Numbered from the stretch's first letter, positions 36,937-46,593 are shown. The stretch: DNA of 64,000 bases from an uncultured Solirubrobacterales bacterium (GCA_963753245.1 CAVWBK010000005.1:100231-164230); one strand, 5' to 3'. Notes: generated by a model from the sequence alone, not told the origin. Numbers and translations are program-made.

Positions 36937-38045
36937 GCGACTTCGAGGCAGAGGGACTGCTCGATGGGGTCGAGGGTGAGGCGCGAGTGGCGCGGCTTGA
37001 GCTGCTCGAGCGCCTCGCGGCCGAAGGCGTCTCGCTGGTTGAACTGCGCGAGGCGGTCGAGTCCGCGCGCCTGACGCTACTGCCCGCAGAGCGCGCTCTC
37101 GCCGGTGGGGGGCCGCGCTACTCAGCACGAGAAATCGCCGATATCTCCGGCCTCGAGCTCAACCTGCTGCAGCGCGCGACCGCCGCTCTGGGCATCCCAA
37201 ATTCCGATCCCGAGGAGCGCTCGTTGACCGACGCCGACTTGGAGGCCGCGCGACGGGTGAAGGCCTTTCGTGAAGCGGGGCTACCCGAGGAGGGTCTTTT
37301 GCAGGTCGCCCGCACGATTGGGCTGGGCACGGCGCGGATCGCTGAGGCAAACCGCGAGCTGGTCGTGCGCACGCTGATGCAACCTGGCGACACCGAGCGC
37401 GACCTGGCGCTGCGCTTTGCCGCTGCCGCCGAGCAGATGATGCCGCTGATCGAGCCGACCCTCGCCTACGCGCTGCGCGCCCATATGCTCGAGCAGACCC
37501 GGCGCGACGTGATCGGTGCCGCCGACCTCGCCTCGGGCGAGATCCGCGGTACCGCCGACCTCGCCGTCTGCTTCGCCGATCTGGTCGAGTTCACCCGCCT
37601 CGGGGAGGAGATCGCCCCCGAGGAGCTCGGCTCGGTCGCCGGTCGCTTCGAGGAGATGGCGAGCGCCGCGGCCCAGCCGCCGGTGCGGCTGGTGAAGATG
37701 ATCGGCGACGCGGCGATGATCGTCTCAAGTGACGCCGAGGCGATCCTCGATGCGGCTCTGGGACTGATCGAGACGGCCGAAGCCGAAGGGGACGAGTTCC
37801 CCTATCTGCGCGCCGGCCTCGCCCACGGCCAGACTCTCTCGCAGTCGGGTGATTACTACGGCCGTGCGGTCAATCTCGCCAGCCGGATCACCGGCGTAGC
37901 GCGGCCGGGAAGCGTCCTGGTCGAAGCGGCGCTGCGCGAGCGCGTCGCAGAGGGCTTCACCTACTCCTTCGCCGGTGAGCGGCACCTGAAGGGGATCGAT
38001 TCCCCGCTCAAGCTCTTTCGCGCCCGTCGCCAGCGCGGCGCTTAG
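36933..38045 (+). CDS. Class III adenylate/guanylate cyclase with an N-terminal helical regulatory region
   Basis: 370 aa with an ATGA overlap onto ggt. Cyclase core LAVCFADLVEFTRL..VKMIGDAAM..GDYYGRAVNLASR. Confidence 0.8.
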   Translation: MSDFEAEGLLDGVEGEARVARLELLERLAAEGVSLVELREAVESARLTLLPAERALAGGGPRYSAREIADISGLELNLLQRATAALGIPNSDPEERSLTDADLEAARRVKAFREAGLPEEGLLQVARTIGLGTARIAEANRELVVRTLMQPGDTERDLALRFAAAAEQMMPLIEPTLAYALRAHMLEQTRRDVIGAADLASGEIRGTADLAVCFADLVEFTRLGEEIAPEELGSVAGRFEEMASAAAQPPVRLVKMIGDAAMIVSSDAEAILDAALGLIETAEAEGDEFPYLRAGLAHGQTLSQSGDYYGRAVNLASRITGVARPGSVLVEAALRERVAEGFTYSFAGERHLKGIDSPLKLFRARRQRGA

Positions 38046-38959
38046 ACCGGCTTGCGGGCCGCGGCGAGCAGGTTGTAGAAGAGCTCCGCTGGCAGATGGG
38101 GCTCGAGCAGGCGGGTATCGAGCTTCTGCAGCGCGATGTAGCTGCGGAAGGCGAAGCGGCGCCAGCCCCACGGGACGCTTTCTGGCTCAGCGCTCGACTC
38201 GACCGTGCGCAGCCCCCAACCCCAGGCGTTGGCGAGCAGCTCCTCGCCGCCGACCCGGCGCTCCTCGAAGCCGGCCTCGCGCAGCAGGCGGCGCAGGTCG
38301 GCGGGAGCGAAGGCGTGCACGTCGACCTCGCCCTCGAGCGCGTGACCGTGGGACTGCTCGGCCTCGGGCACGCGACGGGCGCTGGCCCCGACCAGCCGGC
38401 GCCAGGCGGGGGCAAGGAGCACGCCCGTGCGCTTGGGCAGCGCCGCCAGCCGATCGCCGTAGCGCGAGGGCTCGCCGCAGAAGGCGATAACGCCACCCGG
38501 CCGCAGGACACGGCGGAATTCGGCGAAGGCACGCTCGAGGTCGGGGATGTGGTGAAGGACGGCGTGGCCGAAAACGATGTCGAAGCTCTCGTCGGTGAAG
38601 GGCAGCTCCTCGGCCTCGGTCACCGCTGTTTCGGCGCTCAGCCCCAGCTCCTCGGCTGTGTGCGAGAGGCGGTCCAGCATCCCCGGCGAGATGTCGGTCG
38701 CCGTCAGCCGCTCGATCACCCCGAGTTGAAGCAGGTTGAGTGAGAAGTAGCCGGTGCCGGATCCGATCTCCAGCCCATCGCCGAACCCCTGAACCTCGCG
38801 GCGGCCCAGGGCCTTGTCCAGCTTCAGCCGTACCTGTCCTTGCCCGGTGGCACCGAAGTCGATCCCCCACTTGGCGTCGTATTCGTCGGCCGCAGCGTCA
38901 TGGTAGCGCGTGTTGACGTCCTTTATGTGCTCCGGTTTGGCGGTCGGCGAGGCTGGCAT
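38042..38959 (-). CDS. Class I SAM-dependent methyltransferase
   Basis: 305 aa. Motif I LEIGSGTGYFSLNL. Confidence 0.8.
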   Translation of the reverse strand: MPASPTAKPEHIKDVNTRYHDAAADEYDAKWGIDFGATGQGQVRLKLDKALGRREVQGFGDGLEIGSGTGYFSLNLLQLGVIERLTATDISPGMLDRLSHTAEELGLSAETAVTEAEELPFTDESFDIVFGHAVLHHIPDLERAFAEFRRVLRPGGVIAFCGEPSRYGDRLAALPKRTGVLLAPAWRRLVGASARRVPEAEQSHGHALEGEVDVHAFAPADLRRLLREAGFEERRVGGEELLANAWGWGLRTVESSAEPESVPWGWRRFAFRSYIALQKLDTRLLEPHLPAELFYNLLAAARKPV

Positions 38960-39003
38960 CGCGCGGCACTCTAAATCAACATCCGAGTAGTACCGTCCCT
39001 CGG

Positions 39004-40515
39004 GTGAGACCTGAAGGAGTGCTCTTCCACCGCAGCACGCGGCTGTTTCCCGCCTTGCTAATCACCGCGCTCATCGCGCTGGCGCTCGCCACCTCGGCCC
39101 ACGCCGACCGCCTCTATTGGTCGAACTTCGACGGCCCCGACCCGATCGCGTTCGCTGAATTGGGCGGCAGCGGCGTAAGTGCGATCAACACCGGCACGGC
39201 GACCACGAAACTGCCCTACGGAGTCGCCATCGACCAAACGGGCGGCCGAATCTACTGGGCCAACAGCACCGGCGATAAGATTTCATACGCCAATCTCGAC
39301 GGTAGCGGCGGCGGTGACCTGAACACCGGATCGGCAACGCTCGAACTGCCGTCCGGAATCGGGATCGACCCGGTGGCCCGGAAAATCTATTGGGCCAACG
39401 CGGATGCAGACAAGATCTCCTGGGCGAATCTCGATGGCAGCGGCGGGGCGGACCTCGACACCACCGGTGCGACCGTGCACAGCCCCGGAGCGCTCACGGT
39501 CGACCCCACCACCGGGCGGGTGTATTGGACAAACGAGTCGCTCCACGGCTCGATTGCCTCGGCCAATCTGGGCGGCGGTGGCGGCGCCAACCTGCCGATC
39601 TCCGGCACCGCGACCCTGGAATACCCGCTCGGCCTCGCGATCGACCAGGCGGCGCAAAAGATCTACTGGACCAACGACACCGCAAAGCAGATCTCGGTTG
39701 CCGACCTCGACGGCAGCAACTCCCACAACATCAACACCAGCGGCGCATCGGTCAGCGAACCGTATGGTCTCGCGGTCGACCCCGAAGCTCATCGCGTTTA
39801 CTGGGGCAACACGACCGCGGAAAGCATCAGCTTCGCACGATATGACGAAACCGGCGGCGCCAGCCTTCCCCTTGCCATCCCCAAAGGAAGCAGCCCGGGC
39901 TTCCCGGTGTTGCTGAAGACACCTCGCAATACCAGCCCGCCGTCTCTGTTTCGAGCCATGGTCAATGAGGACGGCAAGAATCCGGCGCCGCCCGAAGCAC
40001 ACCTCACGTGCACCCAGGGAACCTGGGCCGGGGACCTGGTCGAGTCGTTCCTCTACCGCGCCCCGCTCTCTGTGTCCCTGCAGTGGACCCGCGAAGGCCA
40101 GGACGTGTCTAACGCGACAGGCGCAAACTTCGCAGCTTCCGGCGTCGGCGAGTACCGGTGCCGGGTGACGGCGAATAACTGGGCCGGAAGCAGCGCCCAG
40201 CTCAGCCCGGTGGCGGCGGTGTTCGGCGTCGGCAAAGCGAAGCTGAGCAAGCGCCAGGGAACGGCCCGCCTGCCGGTCAACCTCCCCGCCGCGGCCGGCA
40301 GCCTGACGGTTGCCGGCAAGGGCATCGCCGGGAAGGTTCTCACCACCGCCGGGCCGGTGAGCGTCCTGATTCGGCCGACGGGCAGGGCGCGCAAGGCGCT
40401 GGCTCGCAAGGGCAGCGCGAAAGTCGGTACCAATTTGACCTTCACCCCCGCCGAAGGCCCGCCGGTGACCCAGGTCGCGAAGATCATCCTGCGCAAAAAG
40501 ACCGGGCGTCGCTAG
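39004..40515 (+). CDS. Secreted six-bladed YWTD (LDL-receptor class B-like) beta-propeller protein with Ig-like C-terminal region
   Basis: 503 aa with a GTG start. Signal peptide ..ALATSAHA. Six ~43-residue repeats each contain (R/K)(I/V/L)YW(S/A/T/G)N ... LDGSG. Confidence 0.75.
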   Translation: MRPEGVLFHRSTRLFPALLITALIALALATSAHADRLYWSNFDGPDPIAFAELGGSGVSAINTGTATTKLPYGVAIDQTGGRIYWANSTGDKISYANLDGSGGGDLNTGSATLELPSGIGIDPVARKIYWANADADKISWANLDGSGGADLDTTGATVHSPGALTVDPTTGRVYWTNESLHGSIASANLGGGGGANLPISGTATLEYPLGLAIDQAAQKIYWTNDTAKQISVADLDGSNSHNINTSGASVSEPYGLAVDPEAHRVYWGNTTAESISFARYDETGGASLPLAIPKGSSPGFPVLLKTPRNTSPPSLFRAMVNEDGKNPAPPEAHLTCTQGTWAGDLVESFLYRAPLSVSLQWTREGQDVSNATGANFAASGVGEYRCRVTANNWAGSSAQLSPVAAVFGVGKAKLSKRQGTARLPVNLPAAAGSLTVAGKGIAGKVLTTAGPVSVLIRPTGRARKALARKGSAKVGTNLTFTPAEGPPVTQVAKIILRKKTGRR

Positions 40516-40571
40516 CCCCTCACCCGGAGCCTGGGATCGACCACTACGTCCAAAGCGGGCAACCCGACGGC

Positions 40572-41294
40572 GTGCCGCCGCTGGAGTTGACCGGCGAGCG
40601 CACGCTGCCCGACGTCCCCGAGGAGAACTACTGGTACCGGCGCCACCTGGTGATCTATGAGTGGATCGCGGAGCGGGTCGCCGGCAAGCGGGTGGTCGAC
40701 ATGGCCTGCGGGGAGGGGTACGGCTCCAACGTGCTGGCCGCGGGCGCCGCGAGCGTGGTCGGAGTCGACGCCAATCCGGAGGCTCATGAGCACGCCCGCC
40801 TACGTTACGTGCGGCCCAATCTGCGCTTCGAGCGCGACTTGGTCGAGAGCTTCTCGGAGCCTTGCGATGCCGTCGTCTTCCTGCAGACGATCGAGCACGT
40901 CGAGGACCCCGGGGCGATCCTCGAGCACTTCAAGTCGATGTTGGCGCCCCAAAGCGTCGCCTTCGTCTCGACCCCGAATCTGCTGACCCTGGCCCCCGCC
41001 GGCGCCGAGAAGTCCGACAACCCCTGGCACGTCAAGGAGTACCGGGAGGCGGAGTTCCGGGCGCTCTGCGAGGCGCACTTCGAGCGGGTCGAGCTGCTCG
41101 GTCTCTTCCACGCCCGAAAGCTTCGCGTCCACGAGATTGCGATCAAGCTCGGCTGGGACACGGTCCACAAGCGGCTCGGTCTGAGCAGGGCCTTCTATGA
41201 CCGATTCACCCCGGCGATTGCCGCCTCGGATTTCGCCCTGCGCGGCGAAGGGCTGGGGCGGGCGCTGGACTTCCTCGCCGTCTGCCATGGCTGA
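40572..41294 (+). CDS. Class I SAM-dependent methyltransferase (Rv3030-like position)
   Basis: 240 aa with a GTG start. Motif I VVDMACGEGYGSNVL. 8-nt overlap with the GH57 gene. Confidence 0.8.
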   Translation: MPPLELTGERTLPDVPEENYWYRRHLVIYEWIAERVAGKRVVDMACGEGYGSNVLAAGAASVVGVDANPEAHEHARLRYVRPNLRFERDLVESFSEPCDAVVFLQTIEHVEDPGAILEHFKSMLAPQSVAFVSTPNLLTLAPAGAEKSDNPWHVKEYREAEFRALCEAHFERVELLGLFHARKLRVHEIAIKLGWDTVHKRLGLSRAFYDRFTPAIAASDFALRGEGLGRALDFLAVCHG

Positions 41295-42699
41295 GCCCGG
41301 CGGCGAGGGCGACCTGGCGATCGTCCTCCACACCCACATGCCATATGTCGAGGGTTTCGGGACCTACCCGTTCGGGGAGGAGTGGCTCTTCGACGCGGTG
41401 ATTCGCTCCTACCTGCCGCTCCTCGACGTCGCCCGCGACCTGACGATGACGATCACCCCGGTGCTCGCCGACCAGCTTGAGGACCCCGGTGTGCGGGCCC
41501 GCCTGCGCGACTTCCTGATCGAGTGGCGGATCGGCGCCGCCGAGGCCGACGCGAAGGAGGTGTCGCCCGAGTGCCGGGCAGCATGCGCGGCCGAGCTGGC
41601 CCGCTACCGGCGTGCCCTGGAGCTGCTCGACCGCGCGGCCGGGGATCCGTTGCACCCCTTTCGCGAGGCGGCCACAGCGGGTCGTGTCGCGCTCGCCACC
41701 TCGGCGGCGACCCACGCGGTGTTGCCGCTGCTCGCGACGCGCGCCGGCCAGCGCCTGCAGATCGACGCCGGGACCCGCTCGCACCGCCGCCGCTTCGGCT
41801 GGGACGGCGGCTTTTGGCTGCCCGAGTGCGCCTACGCGCCAGGCCTGGAGTGGCGGCTGGCCGAACAGGGAGTCGGCTGGTTTTGCGTCGATCGCAGCGC
41901 CTACGCGCCATCGATGCAGGCGCTTTCGCCGGTGGGCACCGAGGCAGGCCCGGTCGCGCTGCCGATCGACTGGGAGGCGATCGGCTGGCTGTGGTCACTG
42001 GATGGCTATCCGTCGGACCCCGCCCACGCCCAGTTCGCCGGAAAATCTTTGCGCGGGATCAGGATCTGGAAGGTCGGCGGCGGCGCCTATGACCCGCAAG
42101 CAGCCGAGCGGGCCGCGCGCCGCCAGGCGCAGGAGTTCCTCGCCGCGATCGCTGCCAGACTGCGCGAGTTCGCGGCCCGCGAGGGACGGCGCGGCCTTTC
42201 GGTCTTCGCGATTGACACCGAGCTGCTCGGCCACTGGTGGTCGGAGGGAGTCAGCTGGTTGGGCGAGGTGCTCGAGGGTGCGGCGGCGGCCGGGGTCAGG
42301 CTGCTGACGGTTCCCCAGGCCTTGGCCGAGCACCAGCCACTGCGCCGTCCGCTCCTCGCCTCCAGCTGGGGGGAGGGCAAGGACCTGCGGACCTGGGACT
42401 CGCCGCAGGTGGCCGACCTGGCCTGGGCGGGGCGCCGCCTGGAGCTGCGCCTGCTGCGCGCCCTCTCGGCCGGCCTGCCAGCCCGCGCGGCGGCTCGCGC
42501 CGCGCGCGAGCTGCTCGCCGTGCAGTCAAGTGACTGGGCTTTCCTCGACGGCCGCGGTGAGGCCGGCGATTACCCCTTCCAGCGGGCCAGCGATCACGCC
42601 CGTTCGGCCCTGGAGGCCATAGACTCCCCGACCAGTATCGAACCGCGTATGCGCTCGCTTGCCCCGGATCTGAGTATCGCTCCACTCCTGGAGCGATAG
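41287..42699 (+). CDS. Glycoside hydrolase family 57 protein (alpha-glucan branching-enzyme-like, DUF1957-type)
   Basis: Start trimmed to MAEPGGEGDLAIVLHTHMPYV. GH57 N-terminal HxHxPY-type motif. WLPECAY segment present. Confidence 0.8.
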   Translation: MAEPGGEGDLAIVLHTHMPYVEGFGTYPFGEEWLFDAVIRSYLPLLDVARDLTMTITPVLADQLEDPGVRARLRDFLIEWRIGAAEADAKEVSPECRAACAAELARYRRALELLDRAAGDPLHPFREAATAGRVALATSAATHAVLPLLATRAGQRLQIDAGTRSHRRRFGWDGGFWLPECAYAPGLEWRLAEQGVGWFCVDRSAYAPSMQALSPVGTEAGPVALPIDWEAIGWLWSLDGYPSDPAHAQFAGKSLRGIRIWKVGGGAYDPQAAERAARRQAQEFLAAIAARLREFAAREGRRGLSVFAIDTELLGHWWSEGVSWLGEVLEGAAAAGVRLLTVPQALAEHQPLRRPLLASSWGEGKDLRTWDSPQVADLAWAGRRLELRLLRALSAGLPARAAARAARELLAVQSSDWAFLDGRGEAGDYPFQRASDHARSALEAIDSPTSIEPRMRSLAPDLSIAPLLER

Positions 42700-42709
42700 G
42701 CCCGCGCCC

Positions 42710-43918
42710 ATGGCCGCCACCCGCGTTCTGATTCTCTCCTGGGAGTACCCACCGCTGATCGAGGGCGGTCTCGCCCGTCATGTCCGCAAGCTTTCCGAGG
42801 CGTTGATCGAACGCGACGTCGAGGTCCATGTCCTGACTCGCGGAGGCGAGGAGTCCCCGGCCGAGGATCGCAGTGCGGGCGTCGCAATCCACCGCATCCG
42901 CGAGCCAAAAAGACCGACCGACCTGGGCGAGTTCGTCGCCTGGGTGGAGCGCATGAACTCGGACATGCTCGCCGCCGGGGTCGAGCTCGGCGACCGCTTC
43001 GACTTCGACCTCGTTCACGGCCATGATTGGCTGGTCGCCAACGCCTGCGATCACCTCGCCAAGCGCTTCGACGCGCCGCTGGTGACGACGATCCACGCCA
43101 CCGAGCACGGTCGCCACCAGGGCTGGGTCAACAAGCACCCGCAGACCTATATCCACGGGGTCGAGCGCTGGATCTCCAACCGCTCTGAGCGGGTGATCGC
43201 CTGCTCGCATTACATGCGCGAGCAGATCGTCGACATCTTCGGCGTCGAGGAGGAGCGGGTGACCGTGATCCCGAACGGGATCGACCCAGGTGATCTGCCG
43301 CCACAGGACCCAGAGGAGCTGAGTCGGCTGCGGGGCGAGTTCGCCGCACCCGAGGAGAAGTTGGTCCTGCTGATCGGCCGGCTGGTCTATGAGAAGGGCT
43401 TCCAGCTGGCGTTGGAGGCGATGCCGCGACTGATCGAGGAGGCGCCCGGCACCCGCTTCCTCGTCGCCGGCTCCGGCACCCACGAGGCCGAGCTTCACAA
43501 GCAGGCGCAGGAGCTGGGGTTGATGGAGCACGGCAGCTTCGTCGGCTGGATTGGCGATGACGTCCTGCACTCGCTCTACCGGATCGCCGACCTCACCGTG
43601 GTGCCCTCGATCTATGAGCCGTTTGGCCTCGTTGCCCTGGAGGCGATGGCCTCGGGGTGTCCTTGCATCGTCGCCGACACCGGCGGCCTGCGCGAGGTCG
43701 TCCCCCACGAGGAAGCTGGGCTGCGCTTCACCGCCCATGACCCCGACGCCCTCGCCGACGTCGCCGTGCGCGTCCTTTGCGATGACAAGTTGGGTCGCCG
43801 GTTGGTGGCCGAAGCCTACGAGCACCTGCGCCGCTTCGATTGGGGTGACGTCGCCGAGCGGACCGCCTCTGTCTATGCCGATCTCGCCACGGCTAGACCG
43901 AGCGCCGGTAGGTCCTAG
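42710..43918 (+). CDS. GT4-family alpha-glucosyltransferase (glycogen synthase-like)
   Basis: 402 aa. VLILSWEYPPLIEGGLARHV N-terminus and the EX7E-type region PSIYEPFGLVALEAMASG. Confidence 0.85.
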   Translation: MAATRVLILSWEYPPLIEGGLARHVRKLSEALIERDVEVHVLTRGGEESPAEDRSAGVAIHRIREPKRPTDLGEFVAWVERMNSDMLAAGVELGDRFDFDLVHGHDWLVANACDHLAKRFDAPLVTTIHATEHGRHQGWVNKHPQTYIHGVERWISNRSERVIACSHYMREQIVDIFGVEEERVTVIPNGIDPGDLPPQDPEELSRLRGEFAAPEEKLVLLIGRLVYEKGFQLALEAMPRLIEEAPGTRFLVAGSGTHEAELHKQAQELGLMEHGSFVGWIGDDVLHSLYRIADLTVVPSIYEPFGLVALEAMASGCPCIVADTGGLREVVPHEEAGLRFTAHDPDALADVAVRVLCDDKLGRRLVAEAYEHLRRFDWGDVAERTASVYADLATARPSAGRS

Positions 43919-43976
43919 ACGCGCAGTTTTTGACGCTCCTATCCCATCAAACCCCCCAACGACCAGGAGGCACCAG

Positions 43977-44213
43977 TTGAAGACCTTCAAGATTGGAATT
44001 GACGGAGAGATCGACCCCGTAAGGCGCGACGCCCTGCTGAACATGGACGGCGTCACGAGCTTCTCAGGAGCCCTCAAGGATGCCGAAGGAATCGAGTACG
44101 GCCTCGTGGTCCTCTGCGAAGCCGAGACTGAGGCCGGGGCGATCGAAGTAGTGGGCGCCGCCCTCGGGGTTTCGCGGGATCGGATCTCCTTGATCGACTC
44201 CGCCGCGGACTGA
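43977..44213 (+). CDS. Small hypothetical protein (78 aa)
   Basis: TTG start 8 nt after AGGAGG. Coding-like codon usage. No family recognised. Confidence 0.35.
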   Translation: MKTFKIGIDGEIDPVRRDALLNMDGVTSFSGALKDAEGIEYGLVVLCEAETEAGAIEVVGAALGVSRDRISLIDSAAD

Positions 44214-44225
44214 TTCATCTCCTAG

Positions 44226-44579
44226 TTGGAGATGGCCGGCTCCGCCCCTGTGGATATGGCGACGTCCGCAGGCCCTCCTAGCCTTCGGCAGGTGATTTCA
44301 AAGGCCGCCGTCGAAGCCGTGACCAACCCCGCCAACCAGTCCTCCTTGGGCGAGGAAAACTCAGGAATGCAGGCGGTCAACGACCACGATGTCGTGGCCG
44401 AACTTAGGCGCATCGAAGGCTTGGACGCCAGTGAAGCTCGGCGTCTTGGTCGTGATGCCGTCGCCCACATCGGCGGCCAGATCGAGCCGCGAGTCTCGCG
44501 TGGCGGACTCGCTGCGGGCCGCATACGTCGTCATCGCTACGAGCTGTGGTGGGTGCCCCGCACCGCGATTCGCTCTTAG
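44226..44579 (+). CDS. Hypothetical protein (117 aa)
   Basis: ORF with moderate GC3 and no recognisable domain. Start uncertain (TTG 44226 or ATG 44232). Confidence 0.3.
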   Translation: MEMAGSAPVDMATSAGPPSLRQVISKAAVEAVTNPANQSSLGEENSGMQAVNDHDVVAELRRIEGLDASEARRLGRDAVAHIGGQIEPRVSRGGLAAGRIRRHRYELWWVPRTAIRS

Positions 44580-44591
44580 GGAGGATCAGTG

Positions 44592-44616
44592 CGGGGGGCG
44601 AGCTCGGCCCCCTTCT
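44592..44616 (+). terminator. Hairpin with T-rich tail after the 117-aa ORF
   Basis: GGGGGC (44593-44598) pairs with GCCCCC (44606-44611), followed by TTCTT. Confidence 0.3.
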
Positions 44617-44805
44617 TGTCGAGGCGGCGGCGGTAGCGGGGAGTCTTGAACGGAGTTTCGCCCGCGAACGCTCGACATCCTGTGGAGCCTCCGCAGAAGC
44701 TAAATGGTTTCTATCTGCGAGTCGCTAGGGACCTTCGGGTCAGTTGTTGCGTCGTTTTCGAGAGCGTTTAACACCTCACTAACGGCTCCACTAAGCCAGA
44801 ACCGC

Positions 44806-45582
44806 CTAGACCGATTGCTGGTAGGTCCTGAAGGCGCGCGTCGCGAACAGCACGCAGATCGCGACGAAGCCGATCAGGAGCGCGGTGCGCGAGATGATCA
44901 GGCTCCAATCGGCGCTTTCCATCGCTGCCGAGCGGCCGGCCACCACCGCCCAGTTGACTGGATTGAACTTGGCGACGGTCTGAATCCATCCGGGCGCGAG
45001 GCTGAGCTGCATGAAGGCCCCCGAGAGGAAGGTGAGCGGCAAGAGCAGGAACTGCATCAGCCCGATCAGCGACTCCTCGCGGCGCAGAAGCAGGGCGACG
45101 CCATTGGAGAGGGCGCCGAAGCCGGCGCCGACCAGGACCGAGATGCCGATCAGGATCGCGATTCCCCAGATGTTGTTTGGGAAGGTCGCCCCGAGGATCA
45201 GGGCGAGCACGATGATGATAAGTGCCTGCACGACGATCCCGACCGAGTTCTGCAGGATCCGTCCGAAGATCAGCGAGGAGCGGTTCACCGGCGAGACCAA
45301 AAACCGGTCAATCACGCCGCGGTCGATGTCATCGATCATCGCCATCCCGCCCCAGCCCGAGGAGAAGAACGCGGTCATCACGATCACGCCGGGGGTCAGC
45401 AGCTGGATGTAGGAGGTGCTTTCAAAGCCCGGTATCTCGACCACGTTCTTGAACAGGGCTCCGAAGAGCAAAAGCCAGATGATCGGTTGGACGAGGGTGA
45501 CGGCGATCCACCACGGTTGGCGCAGGAGTGCGCGCAGGTGGCGCACGGTCATGTACTGGGAGTCTCGGATCGCCTTGCTCAT
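44806..45582 (-). CDS. ABC-2 type transporter permease (DrrB-like)
   Basis: 258 aa with six predicted TM segments. 4-nt overlap with the upstream ATPase gene. Confidence 0.85.
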   Translation of the reverse strand: MSKAIRDSQYMTVRHLRALLRQPWWIAVTLVQPIIWLLLFGALFKNVVEIPGFESTSYIQLLTPGVIVMTAFFSSGWGGMAMIDDIDRGVIDRFLVSPVNRSSLIFGRILQNSVGIVVQALIIIVLALILGATFPNNIWGIAILIGISVLVGAGFGALSNGVALLLRREESLIGLMQFLLLPLTFLSGAFMQLSLAPGWIQTVAKFNPVNWAVVAGRSAAMESADWSLIISRTALLIGFVAICVLFATRAFRTYQQSV

Positions 45583-46574
45583 TTATTTGCCTCCTGGGTG
45601 TCATCGGCCTCGGCGCGCTCGAAGGTGCGGCCCGCGTAGCGCAGGTAGACGTCATCTAGGGATGGCCTGGCCACGGTCACGGCTGCCGCTCCGGCGCCGC
45701 GCGCCTCGAGCGCCTGCAGGACCGCCGGCACGGCACGGGCGCCATCCTCGGCTCGCGCGTGCAGTACGCGGCCGTCGAGGACAACCTCCCGCACCCCCTC
45801 AACCTCCTCCAGCGCGGCGGGCAACTCGCCGTTGTGGCGCTCGGAGTCGAGCTCGATCCGCAGCGCGTCGCCACGCAGCTCGCGCTTTAGCTCATCGGGC
45901 GAGCCTTCGGCGACGATCTTGCCGCGGTCGACGATCACCAGCTGGGAGGCGAGCAGATCGGCCTCCTCGAGGTAGTGGGTGGTGAGCAGGATCGTCATCC
46001 CCTGCTCGGCGGCGAGCTCGGAGAGCTCCTCCCACATTTCCGCCCGCACCTCGGGGTCCAGGCCGGTGGTCGGCTCGTCGAGGAAGAGGATGCCGGGCCG
46101 GTGGACGAGCGCCATCGCGATGTTGAGGCGGCGCTCCATGCCGCCGGAGAGCGTGCGGGCGATTCGGTCGGCGGCATCGCTGAGGTTGAAGCGGGCCAGG
46201 AGCTCCTCGATGCGCAGCTCCAGCTCAGCGCCGCGCATGCCGTAGACCTGGCCCTGCAGGCGGACGTTCTCACGAGCGGTCGCCTCGCGGTCGACCGTCG
46301 ACTTCTGGGCGACGACACCGATCGCGCGACGGACCGCGTCGGCTTCGGTCGCGACATCGTGTCCAGCGACGCTTGCCTCGCCCGCGTCGGCTCGGGAGAG
46401 GGTGGTGAGGATCTTCACCGTCGTCGACTTGCCAGCTCCATTGGGGCCGAGCAGGCCAAAGACCGTGCCCGACGGCACCCGGAAGGAAATGCCGTCAAGG
46501 GCCTGGACCTCGTCCCCGTATTTCTTCTTGAGGCCGGTGACCTCAATCGCATTGGTTGCGCCGTTCATGCGCAC
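45579..46574 (-). CDS. ABC transporter ATP-binding protein (DrrA-like)
   Basis: 331 aa. Walker A GPNGAGKSTT, signature LSGGMERRL, Walker B ILFLDEPT. Confidence 0.9.
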   Translation of the reverse strand: MRMNGATNAIEVTGLKKKYGDEVQALDGISFRVPSGTVFGLLGPNGAGKSTTVKILTTLSRADAGEASVAGHDVATEADAVRRAIGVVAQKSTVDREATARENVRLQGQVYGMRGAELELRIEELLARFNLSDAADRIARTLSGGMERRLNIAMALVHRPGILFLDEPTTGLDPEVRAEMWEELSELAAEQGMTILLTTHYLEEADLLASQLVIVDRGKIVAEGSPDELKRELRGDALRIELDSERHNGELPAALEEVEGVREVVLDGRVLHARAEDGARAVPAVLQALEARGAGAAAVTVARPSLDDVYLRYAGRTFERAEADDTQEANK

Positions 46575-46593
46575 CTCCTAGAATTCTCTTACC

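Noticed and set aside
42296-44218. 640-aa minus-strand ORF, the longest in the track.
   Set aside because: It lies opposite the GH57 and GT4 genes, both of which have clear family motifs. Its composition is Arg/Gly/Pro/Ala-dominated, which marks a high-GC shadow ORF.
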